DNA of 64,000 bases from Verrucomicrobiales bacterium (GTDB lineage Bacteria > Verrucomicrobiota > Verrucomicrobiia > Verrucomicrobiales > V1-33): positions 5,924 to 69,923 of the forward strand of contig DASZQB010000084.1 in the NCBI GenBank assembly GCA_035550135.1, read 5' to 3'. A model generated the notes under the pieces. It did not search any database, was not told the origin of the DNA, and saw only the letters and a list, made by a program, of their open reading frames with translations. Of the stretch, positions 19,945-27,045 are shown one piece after another. A program made the position numbers and the translations under genes. Every line of letters starts with the position of its first letter. Position 1 is the first letter of the stretch.

Positions 19945-20910
19945 TCACTTCCGTTTCTGCTCAAAAAGCCAGGTATGGACGGCGGGGTCGTTGACGACTT
20001 TGCCGATGATGCCGTGGCCTTCGCCGGGGAATTCGGTGTATTTGACGGGGGCTTTCAAGCGTTCGAGGGCTTTGGCGATGGCGCGGCTTTGGTCGGGTTT
20101 GACGACTTCGTCTTTTTCGCCGTGGAAGATCCAGATGGGGATGCGGCGGAGGTTGCGGGCGGCGCCCTCGCTGATGCCGCCGGCGACGGGGATGGCGGCG
20201 GCGAACATTTTGGGCTGTTCGTTGAGCATAGCGAAGGTGCCAAAGGCCCCCATCGAGTAGCCGATGAGGTAGATGCGGTTGTCGTCGATGGGGAGGTTTT
20301 TGAGGACGTCCTTGAGGAGCTTTTGGAAGTTGGCGCCGGTATTGCCCTGCCAGCCGTTTTCGTCGGGGCACTGAGGGACGAGAAGGAAGCAGGGATTCTT
20401 TCCGTAGTTTTCCGGTTTGGAACAGGCGTAGGCAAAGCCCTGGGCGCCCTTGGGAAGGACGTTGTTTCCTTTACCGTGGAGGTAGATGACGAGAGGATAC
20501 TTTTTGGAGGCATCGAGGTTTTTGCCGGCGAAGAACATGTATTTGAGGCCGGTTTTTGCTTCGACTTCCTTCCAGTCTCCAGTGATGTGCTCGGCGTAGG
20601 GGCCGGAGATGGTTGCGGGGTTTTTACCGGGAGCGGGTTTGGCGGCGGGGGCGGCAGGCGGAGCCGGGGGATTCTTAGCCTGTTCGGCGACGAAATCGCG
20701 ATCGGCCTGGGAGAGTTTGGCGAGCTCGATGAGGACGGTTTTGCCGTTGGGGAGTTTGACCGTGACGGCGGTGGCGGTGGCGCTGACGAATTCACCTTCG
20801 ACGGTGCGTCCACCGGTGTCGGTCCATGTGCGGGCGTGGACGGCGGGGGCGATCATGAGGGCGAGGGCGCAGAACAGGCGCGCCAGTTTGCGGGGAACAG
20901 GGATAGGCAT
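19945..20910 (-). CDS. secreted SHD1-domain esterase (alpha/beta hydrolase)
   Basis: The internal ATG (cat 20908-20910) gives the signal peptide MPIPVPRKLARLFCALALMIAPAVHA. An SHD1-like segment follows (RTWTDTGGRTVEGEFVSATATAVTVKLPNGKTVLIELAKLSQADRDFV). The catalytic elements GYSMGAFG, HGEKDEVV and GEGHG are present. Confidence 0.7.
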   Translation of the reverse strand: MPIPVPRKLARLFCALALMIAPAVHARTWTDTGGRTVEGEFVSATATAVTVKLPNGKTVLIELAKLSQADRDFVAEQAKNPPAPPAAPAAKPAPGKNPATISGPYAEHITGDWKEVEAKTGLKYMFFAGKNLDASKKYPLVIYLHGKGNNVLPKGAQGFAYACSKPENYGKNPCFLLVPQCPDENGWQGNTGANFQKLLKDVLKNLPIDDNRIYLIGYSMGAFGTFAMLNEQPKMFAAAIPVAGGISEGAARNLRRIPIWIFHGEKDEVVKPDQSRAIAKALERLKAPVKYTEFPGEGHGIIGKVVNDPAVHTWLFEQKRK

Positions 20911-21133
20911 AGTCGGGAAGGCCGGTTGCGGGCCGGAGGAAGCTGGAATGCACCCGTGGACAGGCAAGAAGCGTTTCTCACGGAAACGAGGAGTCGCGCC
21001 GGCGGCCCTGGGCTCGTCGCCTCCCCGGGAAAGAACCGTTCCGCGCACCCGTAATTTTCAATGCGGTCCTTGCCCTGTCGAAAGGAGTGCATTACCATCT
21101 GTGCCCATTCCCGCCCCTCTCCCCTCTTACGCC

Positions 21134-22456
21134 ATGACTTTTTTGAGACTGTCTCTAGCGCTGTTCGCCGCGTTCTCTCTCGCTGCGCCTTCGTTGCGTG
21201 CGGAAACCATCGATGAGTTGAAGGCGCGGGAGCACAAGGTTCAAGAGGTGGCGAAGAAGGTGATGCCGAGTGTGGTGGCCATCATGTCGAAAGATCCGAA
21301 GAAGCCAGGATCGGGCAGCGGAGTGATCGTGCAGAAGGATGGATTGATTTTGACGGCGGCGCACGTGACGGCGGCGACGGGAGATGATCTTGTGATCGTA
21401 TTCCCAGACGGGAAGCGGGCATCGGGCAAGGCGCTGGGGGCGAACCGGGGCACGGACGCGGGCTTGGCGAAAATTACGGACGAAGGTGACTGGCCGGCGG
21501 TGGAGATGGGCAGTTCCGACCGTATGCGCCTGGGAGACTGGTGCATCGCCATGGGTCACCCGGGAGGTTTCAATTATGAGCGCCGGCCTCCGGTTCGCGC
21601 GGGGCGCATCTGGCGGAGGGACTCGGACGGGGCGATTTTCAGCAGTTGCCCGCTGATCGGCGGGGACAGCGGCGGTCCGTTGTTCGATCTCGAGGGGCGC
21701 GTCATCGGCATCAACAGTTCGATTCACGGGAACGTGCGCATGAACCGGCACGTGGCGATCGATACGCTGCGCGATGACTGGGATAAGATGATGAAGGAAA
21801 AGGCGTGGGGGATTCAGGTGTTTTCTCCGGATTCGGGACGTCCGCGCCTCGGGGCGGAGTTTGACCGGGACAGCCAGGAGGGCGTGAAGGTACTGGAGGT
21901 GTTTGACGCGCTGCCGGCATCCAAAGCGGGGATCAAGGCGGGGGATGTGATTTATAAGTTCGATGGCGCGGATGTGGCGACCTACCACCACATGCAGCGG
22001 CTGATCGGGAAGAAGAAGCCGGGGGACAAGATCAAGGTTTCATTGCACCGCGGGAAGGAGAACGTGGATTGCGAGCTGGAACTCGCGAAGCCTTCAAAGC
22101 GCCGCGAATCGAAGCCGGATGAAGAGGAAAACGAAAAGGAGGCCGAGAAGGACAAGGGGCCGCCTGAGCCGAAGATTCCGGACGAGAAGGGGCCGTTCCC
22201 GTATTTTGGAGCGGAACTTGAAGACACCGGCGGCAAGGGAGCGCGGGTCGCCGCGGTAAAGGAGAACAGCCCGGCGGCGAAAGCAGGCCTGGTGGCGGGA
22301 GACATTATCCTTCGTCTCAACGATAAGGACGTGGATGGTCCGACTCCTGCTTCGGAACTCATTCGCTCCCTGAAACCGGGCGACAAAATCACCATCAAGA
22401 CAAAACGGGGCGAGACAGAACATTCCGCGGATGCTACCCTCGAAAAGAAATCCTGA
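21134..22456 (+). CDS. HtrA/DegP-like trypsin-fold serine protease with PDZ domains
   Basis: ATG 21134 gives a signal peptide (MTFLRLSLALFAAFSLAAPSLRA). The catalytic motifs LTAAHV, an Asp region and GGDSGGPL are intact. Two PDZ-like segments follow. The 175 upstream codons of the listed ORF overlap the divergent gene and are rejected. Confidence 0.8.
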   Translation: MTFLRLSLALFAAFSLAAPSLRAETIDELKAREHKVQEVAKKVMPSVVAIMSKDPKKPGSGSGVIVQKDGLILTAAHVTAATGDDLVIVFPDGKRASGKALGANRGTDAGLAKITDEGDWPAVEMGSSDRMRLGDWCIAMGHPGGFNYERRPPVRAGRIWRRDSDGAIFSSCPLIGGDSGGPLFDLEGRVIGINSSIHGNVRMNRHVAIDTLRDDWDKMMKEKAWGIQVFSPDSGRPRLGAEFDRDSQEGVKVLEVFDALPASKAGIKAGDVIYKFDGADVATYHHMQRLIGKKKPGDKIKVSLHRGKENVDCELELAKPSKRRESKPDEEENEKEAEKDKGPPEPKIPDEKGPFPYFGAELEDTGGKGARVAAVKENSPAAKAGLVAGDIILRLNDKDVDGPTPASELIRSLKPGDKITIKTKRGETEHSADATLEKKS

Positions 22457-22485
22457 GTTTACGTTTTCCCTGCAAGGCACACACT

Positions 22486-23907
22486 ATGAAGACCAGAACA
22501 CCGATTCTCGCCGCTCTTTTCCTGGCGGTTCCGTTGACTCCTGCACTGTTGCGCGCTGACGGGGAGAAGCCCGCCGATGCTCCGAAGAAGGAGGAGGCGA
22601 AGCCGGAGGACAAGCCGAAGCCGCCGAAGTACGAGGAGCAAAAGTCCGAAAAGCCGAAAGCGGCGGAACAGGAGAAAAAGGAAGAGCCGAAGAAGGAGGA
22701 AAAGAAAGCGGCACCCGGAGAAAAGCCGAAGAAATTCGAAGAGCAGAAGAGCGACAAACCCGCCGCCGCGAAGGAGGAGAAGAAGGAGGAGTCGAAAGGC
22801 CCTTCCGCCGAGGAGAAGTACGGTCGCGAGACCGCGGAAATTTTGAAGTCCTGGGAGCCTGCGATGGATGAAGTGCGCCGCGCCACGGTGCAGCTCATCC
22901 GCGACAAGAAGGACATCGCGTTTGGCTGCGCGGTGCATGAGAATGGCTATATCCTGACCAAGGCCAGCGAGGTGGAGGACAAAAAAGGCGTGCTGCTTAC
23001 CGGCATCGAGGCGCGTTTTCCGGATGGCATGCGTTTGCCGGTAAAGCGCGTGGATGTCCATCGCCAGTACGACCTCGCGCTGCTCAGGGTGGAAGCGCGC
23101 GGACTGAAGACAATGCCGTGGGACGAGAAGACCGTGCCGGTGCCGGGGAGTTTCATCGCCGCCGCCACGCCGCTGCGTTTGCCGGTGGCGGTGGGCGTCG
23201 TCAGTGTCGCCCCGCGCAATCTGGATGATTCGCAAAAAGGTTACCTTGGCGTGCGCTTCGATGAAGCCTGGAAAGAGGGCGTGAAGATCGCAGAGGTGAC
23301 CGCCGGCAGCCCGGCGTCGAAGGCGGGATTCGTCTCGGACGACATCATCAAGATGGTCGATGGCAAGCCGGTGGCGACGATTGAGGATTTCAAAAGCGTG
23401 ATTGCAACGATGCGGCCCTATCAAAGTGTCAAGATCGTGGTGAAGCGCGAGAAGGGTGATCGGGAGCTGAATCCGACTCTGGCCTCCCGCCCTAACGCGG
23501 GGGCCTTTGGCGAAGACCCGCGCAATACCATGAGCGGTCCCTTGAGCAACAACCGGCGCGGTTATCCGGATGCGCTGCAGCATGACATGTCGCTGGAGCC
23601 TAACGAAGTGGGCGGACCGATCGTGGACCTTGACGGGCACGTGCTGGGCATCAACATCGCGCGCTCGGGACGCATCGAGTGCTTTGCGATCCCGTCGAAG
23701 ACGGTGAAGGGCCTGTTGTCCAAGGTCGGAGAAGGAAAGTTCAACCATCCGGAGCTTGAGGCGCTGCGCGAACAGCGCAAGAACGCAGAGGCGACGCTGG
23801 AGCGCGTGAAGAAGGACCTCGATGCGCTGGTCAAACGCATCAACGAAGCGGAGGCGCCCATCCCCGCGGCTGAGTCGGACGGCGACGAGAAGGACGACAA
23901 GAAGTAA
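22486..23907 (+). CDS. HtrA-like pseudoprotease (trypsin fold with inserted PDZ; catalytic His and Ser replaced) with K/E-rich N-terminal region
   Basis: A signal peptide is followed by about 90 aa of low-complexity K/E/P sequence. LTKASEV replaces LTAAHV (Ser codon 22966-22968). PNEVGGP replaces GDSGGP (Val codon 23608-23610). A PDZ segment lies between the two half-barrels. Confidence 0.7.
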   Translation: MKTRTPILAALFLAVPLTPALLRADGEKPADAPKKEEAKPEDKPKPPKYEEQKSEKPKAAEQEKKEEPKKEEKKAAPGEKPKKFEEQKSDKPAAAKEEKKEESKGPSAEEKYGRETAEILKSWEPAMDEVRRATVQLIRDKKDIAFGCAVHENGYILTKASEVEDKKGVLLTGIEARFPDGMRLPVKRVDVHRQYDLALLRVEARGLKTMPWDEKTVPVPGSFIAAATPLRLPVAVGVVSVAPRNLDDSQKGYLGVRFDEAWKEGVKIAEVTAGSPASKAGFVSDDIIKMVDGKPVATIEDFKSVIATMRPYQSVKIVVKREKGDRELNPTLASRPNAGAFGEDPRNTMSGPLSNNRRGYPDALQHDMSLEPNEVGGPIVDLDGHVLGINIARSGRIECFAIPSKTVKGLLSKVGEGKFNHPELEALREQRKNAEATLERVKKDLDALVKRINEAEAPIPAAESDGDEKDDKK

Positions 23908-23919
23908 CCCGGCCTCCGC

Positions 23920-24981
23920 ATGGACGGTGCGCCGGTGGATGCCATCATTCTCGGCCATGGGCTGGCCGGGGCCACACTGGCGTGGCATCTCCGCTGGCGC
24001 GGCTGGCGTGTGCTTGTGGTGGACCGCGATGAGCCGGTGACGTCGTCGAAGGTGGCGGCAGGCATCGTGGCACCCATCAGCGGCCGACGGGTAGCGCGAA
24101 GCTGGCGGGCGGACGAATTCCTGCCGGTGGCCCGGGCTTTTTATGATCGCACTGCGGAGGAACTGGGTGCGGGGTTTTACCATCCCGTGCCGTACGTGCG
24201 CCTGTTGCGAACGGCGGATGAGCAGCGCCGCTGGCGGGAGAAACGGGATGACCCGGCGTTTCAGCGACTGCTCACCAGTCCCCAGCCGGAGCCACTCGTG
24301 GACGCTGCTCAGTTTCAGGCTGAAGGTGAGGGAATCGAAATGCAGGGAGCGTGGTTGGACGTCAGGGGATGGCTGAGGGCCTCGCAGCGGTCTCTGGAAA
24401 GGGATGGAGCGTGGCTCACTGGGGACATACCACCGCAGGCGGTGGCAGCGGAGGAATCCGGGGTGACGGTCGCGGAGCCGTTTTGTCTGCGGGCGCGGTA
24501 TCTGATTTTTTGTCAGGGATGGGAGGCGGCGTCGAGTCCGTTTTTTCCATGGTTGCGCTGGAAGAGCGCCAAGGGGGAAATACTAACGGTTAGCGCTCCT
24601 TCGCTGAAGGAGCGTCGCATTGTGAATGGCGGCTGCTGGCTGCTGCCGGGAAAGGAGGGCGTGTTTCGTGCGGGATCCACTTATGCGTGGAACGATTTCA
24701 CGACCACACCGACTGCCGCCGCGCGGGCGACAATCGAGAGCCGTCTCCGGAGTTTGCTGCGGGTTCCGTTTTCCGTGATCGAGCATCAGGCCGGCATCCG
24801 TCCGGTGATCAACGAAAGCAAAGCCGTGATTGGACTTCATCCCGTGCACCGGCGGCTGGGGTTCTTCAACGGTCTCGGTTCCAAGGGAGTGCTTCACGCG
24901 CCGTTCTTTGCGGCGCAGCTTGCAGCTCTGCTGGTGGATGGAGCACCGGTGGAGTATGAGATGGATCTTTGCCGCAACTAA
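23920..24981 (+). CDS. FAD-dependent oxidoreductase (DAO family; possibly MnmC(o)-like)
   Basis: The N-terminus carries a dinucleotide-binding motif (DAIILGHGLAGATLA ... VLVVDRDE). The C-terminus has a GLGSKGVLHAPFFA motif like the DAO/MnmC oxidase domains. Confidence 0.65.
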   Translation: MDGAPVDAIILGHGLAGATLAWHLRWRGWRVLVVDRDEPVTSSKVAAGIVAPISGRRVARSWRADEFLPVARAFYDRTAEELGAGFYHPVPYVRLLRTADEQRRWREKRDDPAFQRLLTSPQPEPLVDAAQFQAEGEGIEMQGAWLDVRGWLRASQRSLERDGAWLTGDIPPQAVAAEESGVTVAEPFCLRARYLIFCQGWEAASSPFFPWLRWKSAKGEILTVSAPSLKERRIVNGGCWLLPGKEGVFRAGSTYAWNDFTTTPTAAARATIESRLRSLLRVPFSVIEHQAGIRPVINESKAVIGLHPVHRRLGFFNGLGSKGVLHAPFFAAQLAALLVDGAPVEYEMDLCRN

Positions 24982-24984
24982 CAG

Positions 24985-25557
24985 ATGCTCCGGGCCGTCG
25001 CATACTCGCATCAATTGCTCCAGGAGCGTCTAGCGCCCGGCGATATGGCGATCGATGCCACCGCGGGGAACGGTCAGGATACGCTGTTCCTGACCAGGCT
25101 CACCCGTCCGGGAGGGGTGGTCTTTGCATTCGATGTGCAGGAGACGGCCATCGATGCCACGCGCAGACTGCTGGAAAGGGAGGGAGTTTCACCGGACGGA
25201 TTTCAGCTTTTCCATGCCGGCCATGAGACCTTGCGGGAAATGATTCCCGCCCGCTGGCATGGACTCATCGGGGCGGTGATTTTCAACCTGGGTTATCTGC
25301 CGGGAAGTGACAAAACCGTGACGACGTCCGCCGCCAATACGGTGGCTGCCATGAAAGCATCTCTCACCATGCTGAGGCCGGGAGGAGTTCTCGTCATGGT
25401 GGTATATACAGGCCATCCTGGAGGAACGGAGGAAGCGGAGGCGGTGCTGGAATTCGCCAAAGACCTGACAGGCGACGGATTTCACGCTGTGGAATACCGG
25501 ACGCTCAATGCCCGGAGCAGCCCGCCGTTCGTGATCGCGATGGAAAAACAACGTTAG
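24985..25557 (+). CDS. mnmM: YtqB/MnmM-type class I SAM-dependent methyltransferase
   Basis: The protein is colinear over its full length with my recollection of B. subtilis YtqB. Shared motifs are IDATAGNGQDTLFL, FNLGYLPGSDK and PPFVIAMEK. It starts 4 nt after the upstream FAD-oxidoreductase stop. Confidence 0.65.
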   Translation: MLRAVAYSHQLLQERLAPGDMAIDATAGNGQDTLFLTRLTRPGGVVFAFDVQETAIDATRRLLEREGVSPDGFQLFHAGHETLREMIPARWHGLIGAVIFNLGYLPGSDKTVTTSAANTVAAMKASLTMLRPGGVLVMVVYTGHPGGTEEAEAVLEFAKDLTGDGFHAVEYRTLNARSSPPFVIAMEKQR

Positions 25558-25585
25558 GGAGCAGGAAAGCCGGATCGCCGGTGAC

Positions 25586-27043
25586 CTACGCGATCAAAGG
25601 ATGAATGACGTGGCCGTGGACATCGGTTAGGCGGCGGTCCACGCCGTTGTGGCGGAAGGTAAGCCGCTCGTGATTGATGCCGAGGAGGTGGAGGATGGTG
25701 GCGTGGATGTCATAGACCTCGGTGGCATCGGAGCGGACCAGAGGTTTGTAGCCCCATTCATCGCTGGGACCATAGGTTAGGCCGCCGCGGATGCCGCCGC
25801 CGCAGAGCCAGTTGGAAAAGACGAAGGGATTGTGATCGCGGCCCTTGCCGCCCTGGGCGCAGGGCATGCGGCCGAACTCGGTGGTCCAGAGAATGATGGT
25901 GTCCTCCAGCATGCCGCGCTGTTTGAGGTCCTTGATAAACGCGGCGATGGCATGAGCCATGCCGGCGGCAAGCGGACCGTGGTCGCGCGCGATATCTTCG
26001 TGGCTGTCCCAGTTGCGGCGCGGGAAACTGTTATCGTTGCCGGACCAAACCTGGATGAAGCGCACACCTCGCTCCAGCAGGCGGCGGGCGGTGAGGCACT
26101 TGCGGCCCATGAGATCAATTTCCTCGGGAATGTTGATGTCCTTTGGCCAGGTCTTCACATCATCGCGCAAGCCGTACATATCGCGAATGTATTTGGGCTC
26201 TTTGGAAATATCGAGCGCCTCGGGAGCGGTGAGTTGCATGCGCGCGGCAAGTTCGTAGCTGCGAATGCGCGCTTCCAGACGGGGGTCTTCGGTGCGCGCG
26301 GCGGCGTGCTGACGGTTGAGGCGCTCCATCACGGCCAGCGAGGCGGTTTCGCTTTCGGTGGAAATAAAACTGTTCTTCGGCGGGAAGAGGTCTTCGATGG
26401 GATTTGGCGCGCCCACACGAACGAGTGTTCCCTGATGCTGCCCTGGCAGGAAAGCGGCATCCCAGTTCTTTGCGCCATTGGAGGGAAAACCACGGAGGTC
26501 CGGCATGACGACGAAGGCCGGCAGGTTTTCACTTTCGCTGCCGAGGGCATAACTGACCCAGCAGCCCATGCCGGGAAATCCAGGTGTATTAAATCCTGTG
26601 GCCTGCAGCAATGTGCCCTGGCTGTGCACGCCGGTCTTGCCGATGACATTATGGACAAAGGCCATGTCGTCCACCACGTCTCCGAATGGCGCCACGATTT
26701 CGCTGAGCATCTTCCCGCACTGTCCGTAGGGCTTGAACTTCCACGGTGAAGCAAACGTGGAGCCGAGCCCGTCCTGGAAGAGTTCCACCTTTTCGCCCGG
26801 GTCCCATTTTTGTCCGTGCCGCTTTTCCAGCTCCGGTTTGTAATCAAACATGTCCACGTGACTCGCGGCGCCAGCCATAAAGAACTGCACGACGCGTTTT
26901 GCCCGCGGAGCGACGACACGGGACGGATGCGGAGCGGACGCGGCGAGCAGACCGTCATTTTTCAGCAGCGAAGCCAGCGCGATGCCGCTGAACCCGTGGC
27001 CAATGCGGGAAAGGAAGTGACGGCGGGAAAGGGCAGGGGACAT
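25586..27043 (-). CDS. DUF1501 (sulfatase-like) protein with Tat signal
   Basis: The Tat-type signal SRRHFLSRIGHGFSGIALASLL is present, as is the GKGRDHNPFVFSNWLCGGGIRGG motif typical of DUF1501. Confidence 0.8.
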   Translation of the reverse strand: MSPALSRRHFLSRIGHGFSGIALASLLKNDGLLAASAPHPSRVVAPRAKRVVQFFMAGAASHVDMFDYKPELEKRHGQKWDPGEKVELFQDGLGSTFASPWKFKPYGQCGKMLSEIVAPFGDVVDDMAFVHNVIGKTGVHSQGTLLQATGFNTPGFPGMGCWVSYALGSESENLPAFVVMPDLRGFPSNGAKNWDAAFLPGQHQGTLVRVGAPNPIEDLFPPKNSFISTESETASLAVMERLNRQHAAARTEDPRLEARIRSYELAARMQLTAPEALDISKEPKYIRDMYGLRDDVKTWPKDINIPEEIDLMGRKCLTARRLLERGVRFIQVWSGNDNSFPRRNWDSHEDIARDHGPLAAGMAHAIAAFIKDLKQRGMLEDTIILWTTEFGRMPCAQGGKGRDHNPFVFSNWLCGGGIRGGLTYGPSDEWGYKPLVRSDATEVYDIHATILHLLGINHERLTFRHNGVDRRLTDVHGHVIHPLIA

Positions 27044-27045
27044 GG

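Noticed and set aside
19743-19994. 83-aa ORF starting MTKSEARTRAW, and the similar small ORF at 17930-18301
   Set aside because: Their starts are translations of the GAATGACGAA intergenic repeat and the rest is non-protein-like, so they are spurious.
20609-21133. N-terminal extensions of listed ORFs (20609-21133 of the protease ORF, also 1826-2275 and 43965-44642)
   Set aside because: The extensions overlap convincing opposite-strand or upstream genes. In each case an internal ATG is immediately followed by a proper signal peptide or TM start.
22560-22800. Apparent DNA repeats (aagaaggagga / gaagccgaag), considered as a CRISPR-like or satellite array
   Set aside because: They are in-frame low-complexity K/E/P coding sequence of the pseudoprotease. 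The units are irregular and there is no repeat-spacer architecture. No CRISPR array was seen anywhere in the window.
22459-24183. 574-aa minus-strand ORF
   Set aside because: It is antisense to the HtrA-like pseudoprotease and the start of the FAD oxidoreductase. The composition is Arg/Leu/His-rich, with no motifs.
24584-24594. CTAAC-G-GTTAG inverted pair near the motif polarity switch, considered as a dif site or origin marker
   Set aside because: It lies inside the FAD-oxidoreductase coding sequence (I-L-T-V-S). It has no XerC/D-type arms or AT-rich spacer, and there are no DnaA-box cluster or dnaA/dnaN genes nearby. A further plus-strand CTAAC follows at 24978, so the switch is better placed at the convergent gene junction near 25.56 kb.
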